This document shows, one piece after another, positions 50,934 through 62,104 of a stretch of DNA of 64,000 nt. How positions within the stretch are numbered: position 1 is the first letter of the stretch; every line of letters begins with the position of its first letter. The DNA is taken from contig CAYLVJ010000001.1 in assembly GCA_964387175.1 (NCBI GenBank), positions 602-64,601 on the forward strand. The letters run 5' to 3'. The translations under genes were made by a program, and so were the position numbers. Source of the DNA: an uncultured Candidatus Saccharibacteria bacterium. Its GTDB lineage: Bacteria; Patescibacteriota; Minisyncoccia; Minisyncoccales; CAYTKG01. Below the pieces are notes generated by a model, which was not told where the DNA came from, searched no databases, and saw only the letters and a program-made list of their open reading frames with translations.

Positions 50934-51416
50934 ATGATGATTTGTAAAAAAAAATATTACCTCACCGAAAAAGGCTTGAAAGAAGCAAAAGAGAAGTTAG
51001 AAGAGGTGAAAAAAGAGAAGATGAGGTTAATTAAGGAAAGATCTCCTGAAAAGCAGGATTACGGCGAGGCGGATATAGAATACGTGAAATACCAGGAAGA
51101 TATGGAGACGGTTGAAAAAAAGATTTACAAATTGGAGTGTATTTTGGATAATTATGAGTTGATTAAAAAACCTCCCAAAGAAAGAAGAGAGGAGGTTCAT
51201 TTGGGGGCTACTGTAGTTGTGGAAGGCAACAGTCAGGTGGATGAATTTACTATCACCGGTAGTTTCGAGTCTGATCCACTTTCTGGTAAGATAAGTAATG
51301 AGTCGCCTGTCGGCGAGGCTCTTTTAGGAAAAAGAGTAGGGGAGGAGGTAGAAGTTGAAACTTCCATGATCAAGCAAAATTACAAGATTTTAAAAATAAG
51401 TTATGACAAGCTTTAA
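50934..51416 (+). CDS. GreA/GreB-family transcription elongation factor (divergent tip)
   Basis: YLTEKG, coiled coil, GKISNESPVGEALLG. Confidence 0.85.
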   Translation: MMICKKKYYLTEKGLKEAKEKLEEVKKEKMRLIKERSPEKQDYGEADIEYVKYQEDMETVEKKIYKLECILDNYELIKKPPKERREEVHLGATVVVEGNSQVDEFTITGSFESDPLSGKISNESPVGEALLGKRVGEEVEVETSMIKQNYKILKISYDKL

Positions 51417-52731
51417 AACCTTCGACTTTGATGAGAGCGTTCTAACCGAAGAAGAAAAAAAAGTTTTACATCATTTGAAAGAAGCAGCGCGGAAGGTAGC
51501 ATCTCTTTACGAGAAACAAAAAAGACCGGGGCAAAAAGGAGCTGCCTTTTACCCTGAAAATGTTTCAAAAGAAAAAATTGAAAGACAGGCAGAAAAAAAT
51601 TCCAAGCTTTTGGATCCTTATACTTTTGTAGAAGAAAAAAACGGGAAGTTGAAGGCGGTGAAGTTTAAAAACCGTTTTAAAAAAGAGTTGAAGGAGGTCC
51701 GCAGAGAAATCGAGAGGGCAGCTAAAGCTTCTTCCAATAAGGATTTTAAAAATTATTTAAAAGAGATGGGCAAAAGTTTACTGCAGGATGATTATGCCAG
51801 AAACGAAATGCTTTGGGTGACAAGCCCTCTTTTCAAGTTTAGTTTTATAATCGGTCCTATTGAAAGATACTTGGACCGTCTTTTTTTTAAAAAGTGCGCT
51901 TATCAAAGCTGGCTGGGTGTTATTAATGAGAAAAGAACCGAAGAAGCTGAAAAATTCAAACAAATTATTTTAGCCGCGAGAAGAAAAATCCTATCAGACG
52001 CTCCCAAGGTGCGTGTTCCCTCTTTGAGGGTGGAGGTTAATAAAACGGTTTGCTTTGCCGGTCTTATAGCTAATAACATGTTTACGGGGACCAATCTCCC
52101 CAACAGCATGGAGCTAATGGAGGAGGAGGGGTCCAAGTTGACTATTTTTTCCAGCTCCTTAAAGGAAAAATTTGAAAAAGACCAACTTCCTGTTTTTAAA
52201 GAAATTTTTCCTGAGAAGATAGAAGAAGAGTATTCAGAAGATGAGTTGTATGAGGGAACCTTACGCTGCATTCTTCTGCATGAGATAAGTCACTCTTTGA
52301 TACGCTACGAAGATGCGGAAGAGAGATTGGGATCTATCTTTCCCGTTTTTGACGAGGCCCTAGCTTATATCCTGGGAATAAAAGCCTGCGGGCACCTCAT
52401 CCTAAAAAAAGTTTTAACCCAGAAAGAACTAAGAAGCATCTTGCTGCTTCATATTGTTCGCAACCTCGTTTGGTACCGGGATTTTAAAGAAAATTCACAG
52501 GTAGAAGATTATGCCCGCGGAGCGGCGTTGACCCAAAAGTTTTACGAACAGAGCGGAGCTTTGTGGCTGGATGAAAAAGGGAAGGTGAATGTTGACTTTA
52601 AAAAACTTTTTTCTGCTGTTGAAAAACTTTCCGGTGTTCTTGAGCATTATTTGTCTAGTGGAAACTTGGAAGAAGCAGAAAACTTTGTTAAAAGCCAGGC
52701 TGGTTTTGAGGTGTTCGATAAATATTTTTAA
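51403..52731 (+). CDS. Peptidase M49 / DPP III-like zinc peptidase
   Basis: FYP, IGPIERY.D.LF, NLPN, HEISH, downstream DE. Confidence 0.7.
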   Translation: MTSFKTFDFDESVLTEEEKKVLHHLKEAARKVASLYEKQKRPGQKGAAFYPENVSKEKIERQAEKNSKLLDPYTFVEEKNGKLKAVKFKNRFKKELKEVRREIERAAKASSNKDFKNYLKEMGKSLLQDDYARNEMLWVTSPLFKFSFIIGPIERYLDRLFFKKCAYQSWLGVINEKRTEEAEKFKQIILAARRKILSDAPKVRVPSLRVEVNKTVCFAGLIANNMFTGTNLPNSMELMEEEGSKLTIFSSSLKEKFEKDQLPVFKEIFPEKIEEEYSEDELYEGTLRCILLHEISHSLIRYEDAEERLGSIFPVFDEALAYILGIKACGHLILKKVLTQKELRSILLLHIVRNLVWYRDFKENSQVEDYARGAALTQKFYEQSGALWLDEKGKVNVDFKKLFSAVEKLSGVLEHYLSSGNLEEAENFVKSQAGFEVFDKYF

Positions 52732-52743
52732 TTTGAAAAAAAT

Positions 52744-53724
52744 ATGAAGTTTGACTTTGTCACTTTCGGCTCCGGCACGTTTGATATTTTTCTAAAAACC
52801 GATAAGTTTTTGATTGAAAACAAGAAAAAATTTCAAAGCGGAAAATCAATTTGTTTTCCCTTCTCTTCTAAGGTTGATCTGGAGTCGGTTGATTTTGCCT
52901 CCGGAGGAGGGGGAACAAATACGGCTGCTTCTTTAGTTTTTCAAGGATTTAAGGTTTCCTACTGCGGGTCAGTGGGAGATGATTTTGCCGGCGGGAAAGT
53001 TTTAGAGGCCTTGGAGAGATTTAATGTGGATGCTTCTTTGGTTCAAAAAACCGATAAGACGCCGACTAACCTTTCCGTCATTTTTTCTCAAAAAAAAGAA
53101 AGAACTTGTTTTGTCTGGCGGGGAGCTTCAGAGTGTTTGGATTGGGAAAGCGTGGACAAAGAAAAGTTGGAGGCGAAATGGTTTTATCTCGCTCCTTTGT
53201 CGGGAAGATTGGCTCCTCTTTCTTCTAAGCTGATGGACTTTGCTCACAGCAGGGGGATGAAGGTTTTTGCCAATCCGGGCAACAGCCAGATAAAGATGGG
53301 TCTTGAAAAACTTGAGCCTCTTTTGAAGCGTTCGGAGGTGATTCTTTTAAATCAAGAAGAAGCCTCTCTTCTTACCGGTGTTTCCTACAAAAAAGAAAAG
53401 AAGGTTTTTAAAAAAATGGATGAGTTGGTGGACGGCCTGGCTATTATGACCAAGGGAAAAGACGGGGTGGTTGCCTCAGACGGTGATTATTTGTGGCGGG
53501 CGGATGTTTTACCGACAGAAGTTGTGGAAAAAACGGGAGCCGGAGACTCTTTCGGGGCCGGTTTTGTAGGGGGTTTTTTTGAAAAGGAAAATGTGGAATA
53601 CGCGCTTCAGAAAGGGGTTGCTAATTCTGCCGCTTGTATTTCAAAAACAGGCGCTAAAAACGGTCTTTTAAAAAAAGGTGATGAGTGGAAAAAAGTAGAG
53701 GTCAAAAAAGAAAAACTGGAGTAG
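52744..53724 (+). CDS. PfkB-family carbohydrate kinase
   Basis: GGGGTN, VGDD, NQEEA, TGAGDSF. Confidence 0.9.
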   Translation: MKFDFVTFGSGTFDIFLKTDKFLIENKKKFQSGKSICFPFSSKVDLESVDFASGGGGTNTAASLVFQGFKVSYCGSVGDDFAGGKVLEALERFNVDASLVQKTDKTPTNLSVIFSQKKERTCFVWRGASECLDWESVDKEKLEAKWFYLAPLSGRLAPLSSKLMDFAHSRGMKVFANPGNSQIKMGLEKLEPLLKRSEVILLNQEEASLLTGVSYKKEKKVFKKMDELVDGLAIMTKGKDGVVASDGDYLWRADVLPTEVVEKTGAGDSFGAGFVGGFFEKENVEYALQKGVANSAACISKTGAKNGLLKKGDEWKKVEVKKEKLE

Positions 53725-53747
53725 TTTTAAGGTATAATGAAACAAGT

Positions 53748-54578
53748 ATGTATTTAGGCGACATTTTTAAAAAAGCAAAAGAAGAAAAGTGGGCCGTGCC
53801 TCAATTTAATTTTTCAACTCTTTCTCAACTAAGAGGAATCATTCAAGCTGGGAGTGTTTTAGGTTCTCCAATTATTCTGGGTACTTCGGAAGGGGAGGCT
53901 GGTTTTTTAGGAATGAAGAAGGTGGCAAAATTGGTTGAGGCGATAAGAAAGGAAGGCAAAAAAGATGTTTTTTCTCATTTAGATCACGGGAAAAGTTTTG
54001 AGGTTGTTAAAGATGCTGTTGAGGCCGGTTACGACTCTGTTCATATTGACGGGTCGGAGCTTCCTTTCGATGAAAATTTGAAAATAACTGAAAAAGTGGT
54101 AAAATATGCTAAAGAAAAGGATGTGTGGGTGGAAGGAGAGTTGGGGGTGATCGGAGGAGGGAAAAAGAAAAGTGTTTTCACGGATCCTTCCTTTGTTTCC
54201 GAGTTTGTAAAAAAGACTGGAGTTAGTAGTTTGGCTGTTTCGATAGGCAATGTACATGGAGTTTTAGACAAGATGCCGCGTTTGAGGTTTGATATTTTAA
54301 GAAAAATAAAGAAGGAAGCAGATATATTTTTGGTTTTTCACGGCAGCTCTGGTTTTTCTTTAAAAGAAATCAAGAAAGTTGTTGAAGAAGGATTTCAAAA
54401 GGTAAACGTCAACACCGCTTTGCGTAAAGAATGGAGAAGAGTTTTGGAAAAATCTCTACGCAATAAAAAAAGTATCAAACCTTACGAGATTCTTCCTAGC
54501 GTGTCGGACGCAACTGAGAAAAAATGTAAAGAGTACATTAAAATACTTAACGCTTCCGGAAAAAGTGAAACTCAGTAA
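53748..54578 (+). CDS. fba: Class II fructose-bisphosphate aldolase
   Basis: HLDH, IDGS, VEGELG, GNVHG, FHG, KVNVNT. Confidence 0.88.
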   Translation: MYLGDIFKKAKEEKWAVPQFNFSTLSQLRGIIQAGSVLGSPIILGTSEGEAGFLGMKKVAKLVEAIRKEGKKDVFSHLDHGKSFEVVKDAVEAGYDSVHIDGSELPFDENLKITEKVVKYAKEKDVWVEGELGVIGGGKKKSVFTDPSFVSEFVKKTGVSSLAVSIGNVHGVLDKMPRLRFDILRKIKKEADIFLVFHGSSGFSLKEIKKVVEEGFQKVNVNTALRKEWRRVLEKSLRNKKSIKPYEILPSVSDATEKKCKEYIKILNASGKSETQ

Positions 54579-55011
54579 ACGCACAACTTATTTCACTATT
54601 TTTCTCATAATTCTTTTTTCACTTGTCGTGGGTGTTGTTTGGTTTTTAAAAACCAACAGTGCGGTGGCGTTGAGTAAATACAGCTGTCGTAACGGGGAGG
54701 ATATAAACATCAAGGTTAAAAATCTTCTTTTAAGCCAAGAGTTGTGCTTATCTTCTTGTTATCCTTATTACCTCCAAAGAAAAAACGAAAGCGGAGAATG
54801 GAAAACTTATGAGTACGCAGAGTGTCCTTTTGAGGATAAAATAGAAACTTGTATTAGTCCTTTAAAGGGAAAAGAATTTAAAACATCCGTTCCCCAGGTA
54901 AAAGAAGGAACCTACAGGGTGATGATATCGGTTTGTAAAAGCTGCAGCATGGGGGAGCGTTTTAAAAAAGAGGGAGATCTTTTTTCAGAAGAATTTGAAG
55001 TAGTAAGATGA
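54565..55011 (+). CDS. Hypothetical membrane-anchored Cys-rich Ig-like protein
   Basis: N-terminal TM; EGTYRV; several Cys. Confidence 0.6.
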   Translation: MKLSKRTTYFTIFLIILFSLVVGVVWFLKTNSAVALSKYSCRNGEDINIKVKNLLLSQELCLSSCYPYYLQRKNESGEWKTYEYAECPFEDKIETCISPLKGKEFKTSVPQVKEGTYRVMISVCKSCSMGERFKKEGDLFSEEFEVVR

Positions 55012-55238
55012 AAATAATACACGAAAAATACAAGTGTATAGGGTGTAGGGCTTGTGTCCGAGTATGCCCGGAATATTTTGAAATGGCTGACGATGGCAAG
55101 GCTTCTTTGAAGGGGTCAAAAAAGAAAGATCAAGAAGGTGGAGAGACAGAAGTCCGTTTGATAAAAGAGGCGGGCTGCGCCCGAAACGCTGCAGACATTT
55201 GCCCTGTAAGTTGTATCGAGCTTAAAAATGAGGGTTGA
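55008..55238 (+). CDS. Ferredoxin (single 4Fe-4S)
   Basis: CIGCRAC...CP and CPVSCI. Confidence 0.9.
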   Translation: MKIIHEKYKCIGCRACVRVCPEYFEMADDGKASLKGSKKKDQEGGETEVRLIKEAGCARNAADICPVSCIELKNEG

Positions 55239-55272
55239 CAATTATTCTTTTTGTAAGTTACTCTAGGTGTGT

Positions 55273-55962
55273 ATGTTAACTATAAAAGCAAAAAAAAGAG
55301 ACGAGAAAAACGAAAAGCTAAGAGAAGAAGGTTTAGTGCCGGCTGTTTTGTACGGTCCGGAGACCGATCCTTTGAAAGTATGCGTGGAGGATAAAACCTT
55401 TAGAAAGGCTTATCAAAAAGCAGGTGAGTCGTCCATTCTCAAACTAGAGGTGGAAGGTGATAAAAAGGAGCATATAGTTTTGATTAAAGACTACCAGGTT
55501 CATCCCGTAACAGACCAGCTTCTTCACATTGACTTTTATCAGCCCATTATGAGTGAAAAGGTGGAGGCGACTGTTCCCGTGGTTTTTGAAGGTGAAGCTC
55601 CCGTCGTTAAAGAAAAAGACGGAGTTTTAATAAAGAACATTTCAGAGCTTCAAGTTTCAGCTCTTCCGAAAGAGCTTCCTTCTGAGATAAAAATAGACGT
55701 TAGCGGGCTTAAAACATTCGGTGACCATATTACGGTGGGGGATATAAGTTTGGGAGAGGGGGTTGAAATAAAAAGGGAAAAGGAAGATGTTGTTGTTTCC
55801 GTTTCCAGTCCTAAAACAGAAGAAGAACTTAAAGAAGAGATGGGCCGCACTGAAGGGGAAGAGCTCTTCATCGGCGAAGAAGAGCTCATTGAAGAAGAGC
55901 CTCTTGAGGAGGGTGAAGAAGAAGAAAAGTCAGAGGAAGAACAGGAAGAAATTGAAATTTAA
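55273..55962 (+). CDS. rplY: 50S ribosomal protein L25/Ctc
   Basis: VPAVLYG, HPVTDQLLHIDF, acidic tail. Confidence 0.93.
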   Translation: MLTIKAKKRDEKNEKLREEGLVPAVLYGPETDPLKVCVEDKTFRKAYQKAGESSILKLEVEGDKKEHIVLIKDYQVHPVTDQLLHIDFYQPIMSEKVEATVPVVFEGEAPVVKEKDGVLIKNISELQVSALPKELPSEIKIDVSGLKTFGDHITVGDISLGEGVEIKREKEDVVVSVSSPKTEEELKEEMGRTEGEELFIGEEELIEEEPLEEGEEEEKSEEEQEEIEI

Positions 55963-55971
55963 AAAATCAAA

Positions 55972-57357
55972 ATGCAAAAAAAGTTTTTAAAAAGAGCTTT
56001 TCTTTCCCTTATTGTTCTAGGGGTTTGTGTTTTTTTAGGAAATGCTTTTTGGTTTGTAAATGCCGAAGAGTCGTGCTCAACCGTAGAAGAATGTAGGGCT
56101 CTTTTGGAAGAATATGAGAGAAAAATTGCCGAGTATCAGCAAATTGTCACTCAGACACAGGCGGAGCAAGATACTTTAAATAATAAAATATATCTTTTAA
56201 GACAAAAAATAAACGGTTTGGATTATCAGATTAGAAGAAGCAATATCGTGATAGGAGATCTTACGGAGCAGGTTAAAGACACACAAGAGTCGATTAAAAA
56301 AAGCGAGAGAGAGATTGAAAAATCAAAAGAACGCTTGACGGAGGTTTTAAGAAGAATAAATGAAGAAGAGCAAAAAAGTACTTTGGAAATTTTTTTAGCG
56401 AACGATGATTTGTCTGAGTTTTTTGAAGATGTATTTGCTTTAGAAACCGTTCTTTCCGAAAACAGAAAGATTTTAGTCCAAATCAAAGAGATGAAAGCAA
56501 GCTTGGAGGGTCAAAAAATAGATTTGGAGTCGGAAACCGAAGAGTGGCGTAGAACAAAGCAGGCTCAAATTTTACAAAAACAGGAGAGAGAAAGTTTAAA
56601 ACAAGAACAGGAGTGGCTTTTAACACAGACCAGGGGAGAGGAAGAAGAGTATCAGAAACTTTTAGCAGAGAACAGAGAAAAAGCTCAAGAAATAAGAGAG
56701 AGAATTTTCAGCTTGGTGGGTGTTGCTGAGGCTCCCAAGTTTGGGGAGGCCTTAGAGATAGCTAGATACGTAGAAAGTGTAACGGGAGTTAGGCCTGCTT
56801 TCCTCTTGGCAATTTTAAGGCAGGAGTCTAACATCGGTCAAAATGTTGGCCAGTGTTATCTTAAGAACAAAGAGACCGGAGACGGTATTGTGATAAGAAC
56901 CGGCCAGACGCAAAGCAGGGTAATGAAACCCATGAATGTCGGAGGAAGGAAAGGAGATGTGGATGACTTTATTGCCACCTGCAGTGAGGTGGGAAGAGAT
57001 CCTTACAGTACTCCTATTTCTTGTCCTTACGTTAGCGATGGGCAAATTATTGGATATGGAGGAGCGATGGGCCCGGCTCAGTTTATTCCGACTACGTGGG
57101 CGACTTACAAGCACAATGTGAAAGCTGTCACCGGGAAGCCAGCTGATCCGTGGGACATTAAAGATGCATTTTTAGCGGCTGGTCTTTTATTAAGAGATGC
57201 GGGAGCTACTTCTAAAGAGGGAGAGTGGTGTGCGGCCATGGTTTATTATTCCGGTTCCTGTAGCTCTGGTCATGACTACTATGCCAATTCTGTAACGAGC
57301 ATTGTAAAACAATATGAAAACGATATCGCGCAACTTGAAAAATACGGTAGTAAATAA
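55972..57357 (+). CDS. Secreted coiled-coil protein with C-terminal lytic transglycosylase (SLT/MltB-like) domain
   Basis: Signal peptide, long coiled coil, AILRQES (catalytic Glu), GAMGPAQFIPTTW. Confidence 0.85.
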   Translation: MQKKFLKRAFLSLIVLGVCVFLGNAFWFVNAEESCSTVEECRALLEEYERKIAEYQQIVTQTQAEQDTLNNKIYLLRQKINGLDYQIRRSNIVIGDLTEQVKDTQESIKKSEREIEKSKERLTEVLRRINEEEQKSTLEIFLANDDLSEFFEDVFALETVLSENRKILVQIKEMKASLEGQKIDLESETEEWRRTKQAQILQKQERESLKQEQEWLLTQTRGEEEEYQKLLAENREKAQEIRERIFSLVGVAEAPKFGEALEIARYVESVTGVRPAFLLAILRQESNIGQNVGQCYLKNKETGDGIVIRTGQTQSRVMKPMNVGGRKGDVDDFIATCSEVGRDPYSTPISCPYVSDGQIIGYGGAMGPAQFIPTTWATYKHNVKAVTGKPADPWDIKDAFLAAGLLLRDAGATSKEGEWCAAMVYYSGSCSSGHDYYANSVTSIVKQYENDIAQLEKYGSK

Positions 57358-57370
57358 TTTAAAAAGAAAT

Positions 57371-57397
57371 AAAAAAGGCGCTTTAAGCGCCTTTTTT
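57371..57397. terminator. Bidirectional intrinsic terminator
   Basis: AAAAAAGGCGCTT-T-AAGCGCCTTTTTT. Confidence 0.75.
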
Positions 57398-57401
57398 GTT
57401 T

Positions 57402-58130
57402 TTAAGAGAAGTTTTTTATTATCGGGTCTAGATTTCCTTCTAGTATTTCTTCTAAGTTGTGCCAAGTTTTTTCAAGACGGTGGTCGGTTACTCTGTTTTG
57501 GGGGAAGTTATAAGTTCTTATTTTGAATGATCTTTTCCCTCCGCCCATTTGATTTTTTCTCTTTTTCTCTTTTTTTTGTCGCAGCTTTTTCTTTTTTTCT
57601 TCTACCAGTTTCGCCTGTAGAATTCGAATAGCATTGACTTTGTTTTTGTGTTGGCTTCTGGCTGACTGGCAGTTAATCGTTAGTCCTGTCGGTTTGTGGG
57701 TAACCCGAACGGCGGTTTCCGTTTTGTTGGTATATTGTCCTCCCGGCCCCGAAGCTCTGTATGACTCTATTTCTACATCGCTTCTTTTAAGTTTTGCTTG
57801 CTTTGCGTTTGTTTTTTTAAGAACTACTACGGTGGCGGTTGAGGTATGGATTCTTCCTTTGCTTTCGGTTTCTGGTACTCTTTGAATCCTGTGAACCCCG
57901 GCTTCGTTTTTCATTAAAGTGTACGCTTTTTCTCCCCTTAATTCAAAAACAACCTCTTTAAGCCCGTTTAGAGAGGTTGTTTCCATGTTTAGAGTTTTAA
58001 GCCCCCAGCCGTGTTTTTTTGCGTAACCGGAGTACATTTTGAAAAGATCTTTTACAAATTTGGCTGCTTCTTCTCCTCCGGCGCCGGGTCTAATCTCAAC
58101 AATAACGCTTTCAAGATTGTTTTTCCCCAT
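57402..58130 (-). CDS. prfA: Peptide chain release factor 1, lacking N-terminal domain 1
   Basis: [20 protein letters not shown] (PxT), [20 protein letters not shown]; only 242 aa. Confidence 0.85.
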   Translation of the reverse strand: MGKNNLESVIVEIRPGAGGEEAAKFVKDLFKMYSGYAKKHGWGLKTLNMETTSLNGLKEVVFELRGEKAYTLMKNEAGVHRIQRVPETESKGRIHTSTATVVVLKKTNAKQAKLKRSDVEIESYRASGPGGQYTNKTETAVRVTHKPTGLTINCQSARSQHKNKVNAIRILQAKLVEEKKKKLRQKKEKKRKNQMGGGKRSFKIRTYNFPQNRVTDHRLEKTWHNLEEILEGNLDPIIKNFS

Positions 58131-58371
58131 CTTTTTCTTCTGTTTTGACTTGTTTTTTTTGCATCTTTTGGTGCTTTTTCATCTTCTTTCGGAATTTTTC
58201 AACTCTTCCCATAGAGTCTACTATTTTTTCTTTTCCGGTGTAGAAAGGGTGGCACGCGGAACATATCTCCACCTTTATATATTCTTGGGTGGATCCAGTC
58301 TTAAATTTATTTCCGCAGGCGCACTCAACTGTTGCTTCCGGAAAATATTTTGGGTGTACGTCTTTTTTCAT
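58111..58371 (-). CDS. rpmE: 50S ribosomal protein L31 (zinc-binding type)
   Basis: [21 protein letters not shown]. Confidence 0.95.
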   Translation of the reverse strand: MKKDVHPKYFPEATVECACGNKFKTGSTQEYIKVEICSACHPFYTGKEKIVDSMGRVEKFRKKMKKHQKMQKKQVKTEEKDGEKQS

Positions 58372-58472
58372 GACTTATACCTTTATTTCTATTATTATCT
58401 ATTTTATCCTATCAGAAGTCATTGGAGGTTGCAACCTTGATTTAGAAAAGGACAATTGTTATATTAAATCAT

Positions 58473-59357
58473 ATGATTAATAACAAAACTAATTCAAAAT
58501 CTGTAGAAAAGGCGTTTAACTTGGATCCTGAAGAAATGGTGAAGGCAGGGGTCCACTTTGGACACAATCCTTCCAATCTTCATCCTAAAATGGCCCCTTT
58601 CGTTCATAAGAAAAAAAAGAATGTTTATCTTTTGGATCTGGAGAAAACCGTTGAAAAATTTACTGAGGCACTCCAGTTTATTCAAAAACAGGCGAAAGAG
58701 GGGAAAACAATTCTTTTTGTGGGAACCAAGTCTCAACACAAGAAATTGGTGGAGAAAACAGCTAAAAGATGCGGCTTTCCTTATGTCACCCAAAGATGGT
58801 TGGGCGGAATTCTTACCAACTTCGGGGTGTTAAGGGATAGGATTGATTATTTTATAGAGTTTAGGCAAAAGATAAACTCTTCTGATTTCGAAAAATACAC
58901 CAACAAAGAACAACTGGACATGAAGCACGAACTTTATAAATTAAAGAGAAAGTTCGGAGGTATAGAAAAACTTGAAGGTATTCCTGACGCTGTCTTCATT
59001 TGTGATTTAGGAAGAGACGATCTTGCCTTTGAGGAGGCGAGGAAAAAAGGAGTAACGGTGATAGGAGTTTGTGACAGTGATGTTGATCCGACCTTTGTTA
59101 GTTACCCTATCTTTGCCAATGACGACGCCGTCTCTTCTATGGAATATATTTTAAAAAAAGTAGAAGAGGCAATTGGCGAGGTTAAAACCTTAAAAGAATT
59201 GAAAGAAAAAGAAATTAAAAAACCTGAAGAAAGAGAAACCAAAGAAAAAGAGAAAAAGGAAGAAGAACAAGAAGAAGAAAAAGAGGAAAAAAAGCAAGAA
59301 GAAGAAAAAGAGGAAAAAAAGCAAGAAGAAGAAAAATCAAAAGAAAAAGAAAATTAA
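58473..59357 (+). CDS. rpsB: 30S ribosomal protein S2
   Basis: AGVHFGH, LFVGTK, RWLGGILTNF, ANDD. Confidence 0.96.
   Translation: MINNKTNSKSVEKAFNLDPEEMVKAGVHFGHNPSNLHPKMAPFVHKKKKNVYLLDLEKTVEKFTEALQFIQKQAKEGKTILFVGTKSQHKKLVEKTAKRCGFPYVTQRWLGGILTNFGVLRDRIDYFIEFRQKINSSDFEKYTNKEQLDMKHELYKLKRKFGGIEKLEGIPDAVFICDLGRDDLAFEEARKKGVTVIGVCDSDVDPTFVSYPIFANDDAVSSMEYILKKVEEAIGEVKTLKELKEKEIKKPEERETKEKEKKEEEQEEEKEEKKQEEEKEEKKQEEEKSKEKEN
59268..59336 (+). repeat. 27-bp tandem repeat (about 2.5 copies, QEEEKEEKK) in the rpsB tail
   Basis: CAAGAAGAAGAAAAAGAGGAAAAAAAG repeated exactly. Confidence 0.8.
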
Positions 59358-59371
59358 ATTAACTTAAAATT

Positions 59372-59956
59372 ATGGTTGAAATAGAAAAAATTAAAAAGTT
59401 GAGAGATAAGACGGGGATATCGGTGATGGAGTGTAAAAAGGCGATAGAAGAGGCCGGAGGAGATCTTTCTCAAGCTGAAAAAATTTTAAGAAAAGCAAAA
59501 AGAAGATTAGCTGCAAAGAAAAAAGGAAGAACCACCGGCGAGGGAGTGGTTGCAAGCTACATTCACGCCAACAAAAAAATGGGATCTTTGGTGCAGGTGA
59601 ATTGTGAGACTGATTTTGTTTCTAAGTCCGAACGATTTCAGAAACTGGCCGAGGCTTTAGCGATGCAGGTGGCGGCTATGAACCCTCTTTTTGTTAGTGA
59701 AAAAGACATTCCTGAAAAAGTTTTACAAGAAAAAAAAGAGACGATTAAGGAGAAGATGAAAGAAAAAGAAAAACCGGCTGATATAATTGATAAAATTACG
59801 GAAGGAAAAATTTCTAAATGGAAGGATCAAGTTTGTCTTTTAAGGCAGGAGTTTATCAAAGATTCAGACAAAAGCGTGAAAGATTTGGTGCAGTCTGCGA
59901 TTGCGGAGATAGGAGAAAATATTACCATTGAGCGCTTTACGCGTTACGAGATATAA
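59372..59956 (+). CDS. tsf: Elongation factor Ts (short form)
   Basis: LRDKTG..VMECKKA, VNCETDFV, IGENI.I.RF. Confidence 0.95.
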   Translation: MVEIEKIKKLRDKTGISVMECKKAIEEAGGDLSQAEKILRKAKRRLAAKKKGRTTGEGVVASYIHANKKMGSLVQVNCETDFVSKSERFQKLAEALAMQVAAMNPLFVSEKDIPEKVLQEKKETIKEKMKEKEKPADIIDKITEGKISKWKDQVCLLRQEFIKDSDKSVKDLVQSAIAEIGENITIERFTRYEI

Positions 59957-59966
59957 TTAAGTTAAA

Positions 59967-60323
59967 ATGTCTCATTATTTTTTAATTGCGGGAGCTGTCT
60001 TCGGTTTTTCCGGCCTTACTTATTTGAGTTCGAAAAGCCTACACCGATTGAAAGACTTCGAACCCTCTCCTACCCCAAATAAATCTTTTTTTAAAAGAGG
60101 CTGGAGTAAAATTACAGGTTTTTTTAAAAGGCTGTTTGGTGGTTTTGAATGGGAGGTTGTAGCTCAAGAAGTTCTTTCTTGGATCAAGGTGGTTGCTCTA
60201 CGGGTTGAAAGAAGGGCCAGCAAATCTCTTGTCAACTTGAGAAAAAGAATCAAACGCAAAAAAGAAAGTGAGAAGTATTGGAGACATCTGGCTCGGTTGT
60301 CCAAGAAAGAAGAAGAGGAGTAA
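59967..60323 (+). CDS. Hypothetical membrane-associated basic protein
   Basis: N-terminal hydrophobic segment; fits the intergenic gap. Confidence 0.6.
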   Translation: MSHYFLIAGAVFGFSGLTYLSSKSLHRLKDFEPSPTPNKSFFKRGWSKITGFFKRLFGGFEWEVVAQEVLSWIKVVALRVERRASKSLVNLRKRIKRKKESEKYWRHLARLSKKEEEE

Positions 60324-60326
60324 GGT

Positions 60327-60398
60327 GCCAGCGTAGCTCAGTGGGAGAGCAATGGTTTTGTAAACCATCGGTCGTCGGTTCAAATCCGACCGCTGGCT
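60327..60398 (+). tRNA. tRNA-Thr(TGT)
   Basis: Anticodon arm ATGGT-TTTGTAA-ACCAT. Confidence 0.95.
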
Positions 60399-60399
60399 C

Positions 60400-60427
60400 T
60401 TGACACAAAATTTCCGGGCATTATAAT
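60400..60427 (+). promoter_or_regulatory. 16S rRNA promoter
   Basis: TTGACA-N16-TATAAT. Confidence 0.8.
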
Positions 60428-60541
60428 AAAAGTGAGGTTAAAAGTAAAACTTACCATGCCAGGAGACGGAGGTAATTAAAATTAAAAATAAAGTAAGAAG
60501 GTTTGGTAAAACCACGAGCCTTCGTGGTTTTTTTAACCCAA

Positions 60542-60561
60542 AGTTCTTTGAAAATTAAATA
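60542..60561 (+). promoter_or_regulatory. rrn boxA-like antitermination site (16S leader)
   Basis: AGTTCTTTGAAAATTAAATA; near-copy in the 23S leader at 63377. Confidence 0.6.
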
Positions 60562-60618
60562 TGGACCTTTTGAGTTGCTTCGAACCTTGTATTCGTAAAG
60601 CTTTATTGCTTTACACCT

Positions 60619-62104
<1,486 letters not shown>

